From positions 3,944 through 67,943 of IMG/VR virus record IMGVR_UViG_3300037439_000038: DNA of 64,000 bases; one strand, written 5' to 3'. The position numbers and the translations under genes were made by a program. The notes beneath the pieces were generated by a model. It worked only from the letters and a program-made list of their open reading frames with translations, searched no databases and was not told the origin of the DNA. Shown in pieces: positions 9,442 through 17,499 of the stretch (within the stretch, counting starts at the first letter, position 1; every line of letters starts with the position of its first letter). Source of the DNA: a virus.

Positions 9442-10411
9442 ATGGTTCTTCTTTTTGGAACATCATTTTCTTGGTTTCCTCAACATTGCCATCAACTTCG
9501 TGAATTTGGCATAGAGTGAAAAAATCACAATCCCAAGCACAATCGCGAGTAGGGTTCTTGTGCAAACCTAATTTTCCAGTGCGAAAAGCCTTCATATGCA
9601 ATGCTTCTGCAGCAATATGCTTTACTTGTGTATTCCGCTCTTTAGCGGTTTTTCTTACAACGTGACGATCAAAAAATGGTGACGGTTGACGCTTTGCTAC
9701 TGTGCCATCTTTGTTAAGAAATTCACCTGTTATCGGATCACGGTTTTTATCAGGATAATTAGCCTTACGGAGGAAATTATAGACTAAATCACGTACTGCC
9801 TCTTTTTCATTGATAATTCCCAACTTTCGCATCTGATGAGTACCAATTGCTAGGTACCCACCGTTTTGGGAATCAATGGTAAGATGGCGTGTTTGAATTT
9901 GCTTCATAAACTTGTGATCGACGTAACGAATTCGTCCATTGGCTGAATGATCGCGAACAATCAAATCCATTGTGTAACAGTAGTTTACGATAGGACCTTT
10001 ATTAGCAGGGTTCAAAACAATTTGATTACCAGGCTTTTCTACCCACAAAACTTCCCAGTGATCATCATTACCATACAAATCAACGTAATTGACTAGCATG
10101 TTATGACCAAGCTGTCGGGCATCTTCCCAAGTCATTTCGGTATCTTCATCTATGTAGCCTGTCTCAGGCACACGAACGGCATCAACAAAATCTTCAGTAA
10201 TCTTGTCCCAAGTTTCGGCAGGATGAATACCGCGCTTATCTCCAACAGGATACCAGTGTTGCAAGGCAATGTGACCAAAAGCCCCAAAAACCAAAGGGCC
10301 ATGACCTCTTTCGATGGGAATTAAATGCTCATTCCATCGCCAGTGCCAGCGTTGAGGGCAACGCCGAAAATCAGTGCGTTCCGAATTGCGAAGTAACGGA
10401 ACAGAATTCAC
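9389..10411 (-). CDS. Cas4-like / PD-(D/E)XK exonuclease
   Basis: FRRCPQRWHW N-terminal Cys, MDLIV..YVDHK catalytic motif, C-terminal CAWDCDFFTLC cluster. Confidence 0.85.
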   Translation of the reverse strand: MNSVPLLRNSERTDFRRCPQRWHWRWNEHLIPIERGHGPLVFGAFGHIALQHWYPVGDKRGIHPAETWDKITEDFVDAVRVPETGYIDEDTEMTWEDARQLGHNMLVNYVDLYGNDDHWEVLWVEKPGNQIVLNPANKGPIVNYCYTMDLIVRDHSANGRIRYVDHKFMKQIQTRHLTIDSQNGGYLAIGTHQMRKLGIINEKEAVRDLVYNFLRKANYPDKNRDPITGEFLNKDGTVAKRQPSPFFDRHVVRKTAKERNTQVKHIAAEALHMKAFRTGKLGLHKNPTRDCAWDCDFFTLCQIHEVDGNVEETKKMMFQKEEPYAVYADAVGLERRIAEG

Positions 10412-10445
10412 CTAGCATCACATCTTTCCCTAATCGACCCTGAAA

Positions 10446-10569
10446 ACTCAAAAGGATTGTGGGACAGCATGATAATTATGCTGCCTTGTGAGCGCACAGT
10501 GATCGGTGCCCCACAACCCATTTGAGTCACCGGAACCGGAGGATGGTGTACTACAGTCCCGGTGCTCAA
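10446..10569 (-). promoter_or_regulatory. structured intergenic element with mutually exclusive pairings (attenuator-like)
   Basis: helices 10523-10533/10559-10569, TTGTGGG/CCCACAA multi-branch with two inner hairpins, alternative ACTCAAA/TTTGAGT pairing. Confidence 0.5.
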
Positions 10570-10580
10570 GTATTTAATTG

Positions 10581-11069
10581 TTAACCAAAGGTAGCTTCTA
10601 CCTTCTCATCTCCAAAAGCATCTTCGTCGTCGTCATCTGAAGAATCATTGGAAGTATCCTCAAATTCCTCGTCCTCTTCGTCCTCTTCGTCGTCGTCGTC
10701 CAGATCCCCTTCGTCAGTGAACTTCGAAAGCTCAGAATCAGCCTCGCGAAGCATAGCAAGTGCCTTTTCACGGCGATCCTGCAGCTTAGCCTTTTCAAGC
10801 TTCTTATCCATGTTCTCACGAAGAGTCTTGGTAGAATCTGCGTTCGACCACTTAGGCAGGCAATACCGAACAGCACGAATGGTTTCAGTTGAAACCTCCT
10901 TGCCTGTCTCGGATTTGATGTATTCAGCCAAAGAGCCGTTCATTACACGCTCACGGGCAGTGGGCTTGTCGCGGAATGGGCGCTCTCCGCGCTGGCCGCC
11001 GCGCTTCTTCGTTCCCTCACCGTTGACTGTCTCTGCTGTGGCCTCTGCTGCGTCGGTACTCATGGTCAA
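10581..11069 (-). CDS. protein with basic N-terminal domain and highly acidic C-terminal tail
   Basis: KKRGGQRGER N-terminus, coiled coil, then DEGDLDDDDEEDEEDEEFEDTSNDSSDDDDED. Confidence 0.8.
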   Translation of the reverse strand: MTMSTDAAEATAETVNGEGTKKRGGQRGERPFRDKPTARERVMNGSLAEYIKSETGKEVSTETIRAVRYCLPKWSNADSTKTLRENMDKKLEKAKLQDRREKALAMLREADSELSKFTDEGDLDDDDEEDEEDEEFEDTSNDSSDDDDEDAFGDEKVEATFG

Positions 11070-11154
11070 CCTTTCATCGGTTTTATTTATAGTGTTGGCC
11101 TTTCGACCCGTTGACTAGTCTAGTGTATCTCAATGTTGGCCTGACACAAGGGTT

Positions 11155-11427
11155 TCAGTCATCTTTTCCTGTTTCTTGTATATGGCTTAAAGTCATGGCA
11201 CCAGGGATCACAGGAAATAGATTGCTTTGCTCACTTGGCCCACCAGCATCAGGTCGAACTTCAGTGTCTCTACCGTATTCGATTATGTCTCTTCGTAATT
11301 CAGCCTCTTGAGCTGCTAATTCTTGTTCCCTATGTCGTTCACGACGATATGACAAATTAGCCACAATAGTCCAAATAAGATAATTGCTGCTAATAGCTCC
11401 ACAGATTACCCCACTCACGAATTCCAT
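11155..11427 (-). CDS. membrane-anchored hypothetical protein
   Basis: hydrophobic N-terminal helix followed by charged coiled coil. Confidence 0.6.
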   Translation of the reverse strand: MEFVSGVICGAISSNYLIWTIVANLSYRRERHREQELAAQEAELRRDIIEYGRDTEVRPDAGGPSEQSNLFPVIPGAMTLSHIQETGKDD

Positions 11428-11429
11428 TG

Positions 11430-13295
11430 TTAGATAGCGTCCTTTAGCAACAGGCGGGCGAAGTCAACTCCACGGTCACCATCTAAGATTTTCTTGATGG
11501 ATGTATCCATCTTGTATGTGTGACGCGCAATCGATTCGTCAATGCTGTTGGAGGAAGCCAAGTTCCAAATCGTAACGTTGTGATCCAAACGCGAAAGACG
11601 ATGGGCGCGATCTTCAACTTGTTCCTGGTCATCATGGTTAAAAGTTGAATCAACAATGACAACATCATCGGCGGCGTCCAGAGTAAGTGAAACTCCCCCG
11701 GCTTTAGTGTTGAGCAAGAACACGTCGGGGGAAGGAGTTCCATCTCCCAATTTGCCAGTTTGAAAAGCTTTTTGTAGTCTGATTCTCTCATCTGCACTGG
11801 TAGCTCCTGTCAAAACAAAGGCTGGAATTTTGTGCTTGTCTCTAAGTTGTTTAGCAAATAGATCAATATGCTTTGTAAACTGGCTTGCGATAAGCACTTT
11901 CGACTCACCTTGCCCAGTGCCATCAATTCCACGATCTTTAAGAAAATCAACAATCCAATCAAATTTATTCGATGGAAACGTCGGAAAGAATTCATCTGTC
12001 CCACCTATGAATCCATAGCTATTTGCAAATTGCTTAAGTCGAATCATCTCTGCTAGAACACCATTAGCCATTAGTGTTCCACCCTCAAGTTCAGCTTGCG
12101 CTTGCTGAACCATTGACTCATATGCTTTCTTTTGCTGCCCAAACATATCTAGCCACACTGCAATTGGGCCAGCGCGCCCAGTACCAAGTATCAACGGAGT
12201 CCCGCCGTAGCGCTTACGTGGAAGTTCCTTTGCCACTTCTTGTTTAGTACGGCGAATCATTATGTGCTCTAGCTCTTTTGAAAGCTTTTTCTCATCGCGA
12301 AGATCACCAACGATTCGTTGCTTGGTATCGGGATCAATATAGACATGAAAATGTTTTTGTACCCAAGTCCAATAAGCTGTATAAATTTGAGGATAAAGCC
12401 AATTAAGTATTCCCCATAGGTTTTCGTGCTTGCCTCGGAAAGGTGTGCCAGTCAAGGCAATTCGCAACCCATTGTCAGCAATTGAAAGCAGACCTAATCC
12501 CTGTCGCTGTGCTGATTGCTTTTTCGGATCACCTACAGCACCAGCTAGGGTTTGGTGTGCTTCGTCAACAATTATTGCAGCGTAATCGATTGCTAGAAAA
12601 GCAGGTTGAGCCTCTCTAATTGGCTCTATGATCTTCTCTTTATCCTCATCATAGATGTAGTTTTTCTTTTTATCTAACTTTGGTTTAAATCTCAAGTAAT
12701 TTGGAGAAACGATAACCCACTGGCGGGGGCCGATGCGTCCTTTTCCCATATCCCACTTGAGAATTCGACGCATGGCACGCACTCTAGCTAGTGGAGTCAT
12801 TTTGCCGCCATAGATCACCCACTCATCGTAGGGCGCAACATCTTCAAACCAGGTTTTCAATTCGTGCGGCCATGTCACATAAACAGCAGTCTTGGGTGCA
12901 ACCACCAAAACTGTTCCTGTACAACCAGATTCAATAACCCCACTCATTGCCTGCAAGGTTTTGCCTAGACCGGGTTCATCGGCAATCATTACAACTTTAT
13001 GATCCTTGACAAATTGAACACCGTCACGCTGAAATGATCTGCCTGCCAAAGCATTTCCCAAAGGTGTATTGGTAGGGATCAATTCAAACGGCCATTTAAT
13101 TTTTACCGTCTCATTCTTGATCCACTCTCGCAAACGTTCCTCAACATGACAACGCCAACCCCTCTCTTGGCAAATGTCCCGAACCTTAAGTGTTTCTTCA
13201 TAATTGAATGGAATAAGGTGAACTTTGCCTTCTGGAGTAGTAAACTCAAGTTGCGTCTTGTTCTTCCGGCGTAGCTTCGCCTTTGGCTGACTCAT
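11430..13295 (-). CDS. SNF2-family (SF2) DNA helicase
   Basis: IADEPGLGKT, IIVDEAH, LTGTP, GGVSLTL, QVEDRAHR motifs. Confidence 0.93.
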   Translation of the reverse strand: MSQPKAKLRRKNKTQLEFTTPEGKVHLIPFNYEETLKVRDICQERGWRCHVEERLREWIKNETVKIKWPFELIPTNTPLGNALAGRSFQRDGVQFVKDHKVVMIADEPGLGKTLQAMSGVIESGCTGTVLVVAPKTAVYVTWPHELKTWFEDVAPYDEWVIYGGKMTPLARVRAMRRILKWDMGKGRIGPRQWVIVSPNYLRFKPKLDKKKNYIYDEDKEKIIEPIREAQPAFLAIDYAAIIVDEAHQTLAGAVGDPKKQSAQRQGLGLLSIADNGLRIALTGTPFRGKHENLWGILNWLYPQIYTAYWTWVQKHFHVYIDPDTKQRIVGDLRDEKKLSKELEHIMIRRTKQEVAKELPRKRYGGTPLILGTGRAGPIAVWLDMFGQQKKAYESMVQQAQAELEGGTLMANGVLAEMIRLKQFANSYGFIGGTDEFFPTFPSNKFDWIVDFLKDRGIDGTGQGESKVLIASQFTKHIDLFAKQLRDKHKIPAFVLTGATSADERIRLQKAFQTGKLGDGTPSPDVFLLNTKAGGVSLTLDAADDVVIVDSTFNHDDQEQVEDRAHRLSRLDHNVTIWNLASSNSIDESIARHTYKMDTSIKKILDGDRGVDFARLLLKDAI

Positions 13296-13510
13296 ATATC
13301 CTTCCGGCGCAAAATGGAATAAACCTCATTAATTGCTTTACGACGTAGTTTATGCAAATGATCTTCTGAAATGTGTTCTGACACAAGCTTTTTTCGCAAA
13401 TGAAACTCGTCTAAGATTTCGCGGATAGCCTTAAGCTTACGCGAATCACGCCGCAATTTATTTAGTTCAGCCAATGGAACAACTTCACCAGGATCAATAG
13501 AAGTCATCAT
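13292..13510 (-). CDS. hypothetical protein
   Basis: 72-aa ORF with ATGA overlaps at both ends. Confidence 0.6.
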   Translation of the reverse strand: MMTSIDPGEVVPLAELNKLRRDSRKLKAIREILDEFHLRKKLVSEHISEDHLHKLRRKAINEVYSILRRKDI

Positions 13511-14067
13511 GCCACCTTGATTAATGAATCTAGTAAAACAGCACGGTATCCAGCTTGGGCACCTATAAAATGAAATAGCTTGCGGTGTCCTATGTCTTGA
13601 ATACGAGTCTTAGCAGATTTCTTTGGTAGAACTACGTCTTCATGGATCTTGGTGGATTCGTGTCCATACCAGAAAATCTTTGTACCCCTTAGCTTCTCAA
13701 TGATTGTTTCATTCGGATCATCGAAACTAAAAGGTAGCTTGCGGTATGTCTCAGTTAGTAAGGGGCGGTTGGCTTTTGGAAACCAGTCATAAAGTTTAAT
13801 TACATCAGGCCAACCTGTAAGCCTGGCAATCATTTGCTTAGAGTGAGTGATTTTTACTTCGTGACGTTCGTTATCAAATGACATGAAATAGACTGCATAA
13901 GAAAGCTTTTGGTTAGCCCATTGCATTTCAAAATACTCATCATTTCGTTGACCCGTAATCGTTGTGATACGAGTGCCTTTTTGAACCTCAGAAACTAAAT
14001 TACCTGCCCAATCATTTTCTTTGGCAATTCGGCCTATATGCTGTGCCTTAGCTATCGCGGGGTGCAT
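13507..14067 (-). CDS. hypothetical protein
   Basis: long ORF; start set to MHPAIAKA behind SD GAAAGGA. Confidence 0.7.
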   Translation of the reverse strand: MHPAIAKAQHIGRIAKENDWAGNLVSEVQKGTRITTITGQRNDEYFEMQWANQKLSYAVYFMSFDNERHEVKITHSKQMIARLTGWPDVIKLYDWFPKANRPLLTETYRKLPFSFDDPNETIIEKLRGTKIFWYGHESTKIHEDVVLPKKSAKTRIQDIGHRKLFHFIGAQAGYRAVLLDSLIKVA

Positions 14068-14206
14068 ACTGCATCCTTTCAAACAATTCTGCTATAGCTA
14101 TCGAATAGGATACAGCATGAGAAGGATTAAAATCCTCTGGCTTGAATTTGATTTCAGGTCTGTTTTGATTTAAATGAGAGATTCGTGTTGGCTTTTGTTG
14201 ATCCAT
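14048..14206 (-). CDS. small hypothetical protein (52 aa)
   Basis: translated by hand: MDQQKPTRISHLNQNRPEIKFKPEDFNPSHAVSYSIAIAELFERMQYAPRDS; starts right after upstream stop. Confidence 0.5.
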   Translation of the reverse strand: MDQQKPTRISHLNQNRPEIKFKPEDFNPSHAVSYSIAIAELFERMQYAPRDS

Positions 14207-14207
14207 T

Positions 14208-14369
14208 TCAACGGTGCTTTGCTAGTAGTAGACCAGCCTGAACAAAATCACGCAAGTTTTGCAAAGTAATCCGGTATTTAGAGCTATCAGGAATGTGAGT
14301 CAACGTGAGGTGACCATCATCATCTTTGCGTACTGATACAGGATTACCGGCCTTTGATATGAACTGCAT
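14208..14369 (-). CDS. small hypothetical protein (53 aa)
   Basis: start moved to MQFISK behind SD TAGGAG; the longer track ORF runs into the tRNA-like element. Confidence 0.6.
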   Translation of the reverse strand: MQFISKAGNPVSVRKDDDGHLTLTHIPDSSKYRITLQNLRDFVQAGLLLAKHR

Positions 14370-14395
14370 GATATCTCCTAGTTTTGCTGAATTAA

Positions 14396-14466
14396 CGTGC
14401 CTCACAAGGGAATCGAACCCTTCCGCTGCCAGGTGCTAAAGCTGGCATTAGGACCAGTCGTAAGGC
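14396..14466 (-). ncRNA. tRNA-like element A (D-armless, with anticodon-like arm)
   Basis: GCCTTAC/GTGAGGC 7-bp acceptor, TGCCAG/CTGGCA arm, AAGGG-TTCGATT-CCCTT T-arm, trailer ACG. Confidence 0.7.
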
Positions 14467-14609
14467 TTGGTGCTCGACCGCGATACAAAGGGACTTCCCG
14501 ACCATTACCCTTGCCCGTTCGGCCTGCTGATCTCCCTTTTCAGGATTCGGGACATCTGTGCTCGCCTCTAAACTTTATACTGAATAGCTATATGTAGCAT
14601 AGCAATTCG

Positions 14610-14683
14610 CTGCCCTGCTAGGATTCGAACCTAGAACCTACGGGACCAAAACCCGTCGCAGCTACCAATTGTGCTACAGGGCA
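14610..14683 (-). tRNA. tRNA-Gln (anticodon UUG), CCA not encoded
   Basis: cloverleaf: TGCCCTG/CAGGGCA acceptor, D-loop AATTGGT, ACGGG-TT TTG GT-CCCGT anticodon arm, CTAGG-TTCGAAT-CCTAG T-arm, discriminator G. Confidence 0.92.
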
Positions 14684-14769
14684 ATATATTTTGGGATGCA
14701 GTGAGGCTTCCACTCTTCAAAGGGACTCCCGGCCATTATTTTCCGTTAACCCGATACACCCCGGTCTAT

Positions 14770-15459
14770 TTACACTTCCACCTTCTCCGACACCACACTC
14801 ATCCCCATTGCTGCGGTACTCAAATCCATTGCAGCAGAAGAGATTTGGTTCAATAAGCCATCCTTATCATCGGGAACCGCACCGATCCGAACCAGTCGCT
14901 CCCCTAGGCTGCGCACCGATTCCAGAACCTCAAGCAATTCATTTCGCATAATAGATGAATCTGCTTCTGCTGCTTCATCTTCGGTCATTACTGGCTCAGA
15001 GATTCCAAAATCGTCATCGATTGAGTCATCAACAGGTTTTTGCTTCTTTTCCTTCTGCTCTTTCTTTGCCGGGGGATTCTTGGCTAATTGATAGAAGTGA
15101 CTCCAATGAGTTCGTGGATTATCTTCAACTTCAATTGAATCCGCTTCTATATCAATGTCCTCATCGCCAGGTTCGATCTTGTCTGCTGCCGGAACAAGGT
15201 TTGCATGTGCGGCCAGTTCCCAAGCGTCATAGTAGTACTTAACGTGAGAGACAGATACACCAGCGATTTCTGCAAATTGATTAAAACTCAGCTTCGCATC
15301 GGAATCGTTCTCTAGAGAACGATTACTTGGTCGCCCTGCCTTACCAGGAGCACAAGAGCGAGCAACCAGCAGACCAAGCCTCCACCCGCCGCAGCGAACC
15401 CCCACGCCAAACTCAGCTGCATCTCTTTCGATTTGGCTTTGTTCCTTGGCTTTTACCAT
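14770..15459 (-). CDS. putative DNA-binding protein (HTH-like)
   Basis: LSFNQFAEIAGVSVSHVKYYYDAW resembles a helix-turn-helix; start behind AAAGGATGGAA. Confidence 0.6.
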   Translation of the reverse strand: MVKAKEQSQIERDAAEFGVGVRCGGWRLGLLVARSCAPGKAGRPSNRSLENDSDAKLSFNQFAEIAGVSVSHVKYYYDAWELAAHANLVPAADKIEPGDEDIDIEADSIEVEDNPRTHWSHFYQLAKNPPAKKEQKEKKQKPVDDSIDDDFGISEPVMTEDEAAEADSSIMRNELLEVLESVRSLGERLVRIGAVPDDKDGLLNQISSAAMDLSTAAMGMSVVSEKVEV

Positions 15460-15505
15460 TTCCATCCTTTCAAACTAGAACCTTCACACAACGGTACTAC
15501 AGAGA

Positions 15506-15718
15506 TCAGTGATCCTCTAGCAAAACGGTAAATGCTGCCAAGTAAGTAACGCACAGCGAAAAATCATTGTTAGGAATGGTTTTGAGAACATTGTTGCGAA
15601 GATCGCGCCATTCATTCTCGGGAACAACTGAAACGTCAATAACTATTCCAGTTTCATCTGCTAGTTCGATTTTTACGTAACCATCTTTAAGGTCCGTAAT
15701 TTTAACTCGCTCAATCAT
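15506..15718 (-). CDS. hypothetical protein
   Basis: 70-aa ORF with plausible SD. Confidence 0.6.
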   Translation of the reverse strand: MIERVKITDLKDGYVKIELADETGIVIDVSVVPENEWRDLRNNVLKTIPNNDFSLCVTYLAAFTVLLEDH

Positions 15719-15932
15719 TTTCGACCCTTCTCAGATTGCATAGAGTCCCTATACTTGCCGGTCAACTATCCACAACGGCGGGACCAGAAGCCACCATAGC
15801 ACCCTCTGAGATCCACGCCTAGGGCCAATTCTCGGCGTGTCGGCATTTGGACTTTGGTCTAAACGCAGAAAAGCCCTGGCGATCAGTCAACTCATTGTGT
15901 GAATTAACTAATACACCAAGGCTTTTCAACGT

Positions 15933-16088
15933 TTAATCCATCCTCTTGGATTTCTCTGATTTAGATTCACGGATCTGATTTATCAGATCTGAATGAAACT
16001 CCATCAGTTGTTGGTCAGAAATATGCTTGCCGAATCCACGTTGACGAATCTTTCTAGCACGCACTCGTTTTCGCACCTTGTCTCTCAT
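15933..16088 (-). CDS. small basic hypothetical protein
   Basis: start at MRDKVRK gives ATGA overlap with the upstream stop. Confidence 0.5.
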   Translation of the reverse strand: MRDKVRKRVRARKIRQRGFGKHISDQQLMEFHSDLINQIRESKSEKSKRMD

Positions 16089-16273
16089 GTTTTGCTTACC
16101 GCCAAAGTGCCAAATCGTAAGCACCCCTTTCTGAACAAAGGAACAACGGCACGATCAGCGTTGGTCTCCACTGGAATCTGTTGGTTGTCAATGTTTCTCA
16201 TCAACCAAACTAATTGAAGCATCATGTCCTCTGTGTTCTTAACATGAGGGAGATTGATTGTTACAGAGTACAT
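16085..16273 (-). CDS. hypothetical protein
   Basis: 62-aa ORF starting right after the upstream stop. Confidence 0.55.
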   Translation of the reverse strand: MYSVTINLPHVKNTEDMMLQLVWLMRNIDNQQIPVETNADRAVVPLFRKGCLRFGTLAVSKT

Positions 16274-16274
16274 T

Positions 16275-16430
16275 TCAGATCACCCCTTTCTCAACACGGC
16301 AATCTACACACTTACAATATCTGTGGTGTTTGCCATCAAAACCAGGTGTAACCGGCTCATTCATTATCTTGTTCCGGTGCCTCCGCTTTTGTTGAGCAAA
16401 TTTGAAGTCTCGCAACAAATTCTCGAACAT
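16275..16430 (-). CDS. small hypothetical protein (51 aa)
   Basis: translated by hand MFENLLRDFK...HHRYCKCVDCRVEKGVI; preceded by GAGAGGATGGAAAA. Confidence 0.65.
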   Translation of the reverse strand: MFENLLRDFKFAQQKRRHRNKIMNEPVTPGFDGKHHRYCKCVDCRVEKGVI

Positions 16431-16461
16431 TTTTCCATCCTCTCTGCTTTGCACTACCTGT

Positions 16462-16507
16462 GCGCTCCCCGCCGCAGACTCGAACTGCGGTGAATTCCAA
16501 ACGGGGA
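16462..16507 (-). ncRNA. mini-tRNA element B
   Basis: TCCCCG/CGGGGA stem, linker TTTGGAATTCA, CCGCAG-TTCGAGT-CTGCGG, trailer GCGC. Confidence 0.8.
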
Positions 16508-16518
16508 CAATATAACTT

Positions 16519-16677
16519 TCAGAGTGTTGATTGGTTAGCTGTCTTTTTCATGCGACCCGCAACTTTCAAGACTTCATCTGAGATAAAATCTTTTCGGTTT
16601 TGTTGATGTACCAGTCTAACCAGTTCTTCTGCGTAGTCGAACATTTCATCTGCCAGGGTCTTTACTGAATACGTCAT
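16519..16677 (-). CDS. small hypothetical protein (52 aa)
   Basis: translated by hand MTYSVKTLADEMFDYAEELV...; SD GGAG upstream. Confidence 0.55.
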   Translation of the reverse strand: MTYSVKTLADEMFDYAEELVRLVHQQNRKDFISDEVLKVAGRMKKTANQSTL

Positions 16678-16691
16678 CCTATCTCCTTCTG

Positions 16692-16844
16692 TTACCTTGC
16701 TGCCGTGAACTTGTCAGTGTCTGAAAAGCCTTGGGACAGACCGGAATAGTGTCGTGGTAGAGGACAAGCATTATCACTTGTTCTATGTTCACCCAAGGTT
16801 GAACAACACTTTTCACAAAATGTATCCAATTGGTGTTCGCTCAT
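16692..16844 (-). CDS. small Cys-containing hypothetical protein
   Basis: start at MSEHQLD (ATGA overlap), CEKCC...H..C motif. Confidence 0.5.
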   Translation of the reverse strand: MSEHQLDTFCEKCCSTLGEHRTSDNACPLPRHYSGLSQGFSDTDKFTAAR

Positions 16845-17119
16845 CAGCCAATCTCCTTCAAGATTGCCAGAACCATCTTGCGCGCCAATACTTCTGGTAC
16901 CCAAGCATGAATTTCTGCAAACAGTTGCATATGTCCTGAAATCATTGCTCCTACTTGCCAGGACATATGATCATTAGCGCGAACAGCTTTGGCGGTAACC
17001 TTGCCATTTGAAACCGCTTCTACTAAGCAACGATTCCTGACATAAACTTCTACCTCCGGTGGTACTTGAGTGTGGTAGTCAACATCTTTCACTTCAATTC
17101 CTTTCTTAGCAAAGGACAT
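16844..17119 (-). CDS. hypothetical protein
   Basis: 91-aa ORF in operon context. Confidence 0.6.
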   Translation of the reverse strand: MSFAKKGIEVKDVDYHTQVPPEVEVYVRNRCLVEAVSNGKVTAKAVRANDHMSWQVGAMISGHMQLFAEIHAWVPEVLARKMVLAILKEIG

Positions 17120-17421
17120 TCGACCACATCAGACATGAATTGACCAACCTCAATGATCCGCACGGCATCTCCGACAATTCCAGCTTTGTGCAGAGCTTCC
17201 CAAACCCATTCGTTTTCAGAATAATTCTTGATGAAAACGTTTCCAGGTTCGGGTTTTTCACCGTACTGAGCAAGGTTGATGGTAGCGATGCAAAGCTGTT
17301 CTCCCTCAATACTTTTCAGTATCAAGGCGATCGATCCGTCGTTGTAAAAAGATTTTGCAATCTTAATACCCCTTGGTTCATTGATGTATTTGGTTTTGAA
17401 CTGTCTGTTCAAATCCAACAT
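17089..17421 (-). CDS. conserved phage hypothetical protein (DUF4313-like)
   Basis: YNDGSIAL..EGEQLCIATINL..IKNYSENE pattern; preceded by GAGAGGATGGGAA. Confidence 0.6.
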   Translation of the reverse strand: MLDLNRQFKTKYINEPRGIKIAKSFYNDGSIALILKSIEGEQLCIATINLAQYGEKPEPGNVFIKNYSENEWVWEALHKAGIVGDAVRIIEVGQFMSDVVECPLLRKELK

Positions 17422-17447
17422 TTCCCATCCTCTCTGTTTTGTGTCTA

Positions 17448-17491
17448 GCGTGGGTGCCAGGGACTCGAACCCTGGTGTCTGCCAGTCACCC
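17448..17491 (-). ncRNA. mini-tRNA element C
   Basis: GGGTG/CACCC stem, linker ACTGGCAGACA (D-loop-like TGGCAGAC), CCAGGG-TTCGAGT-CCCTGG, trailer ACGC. Confidence 0.8.
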
Positions 17492-17499
17492 TTTCCGTT

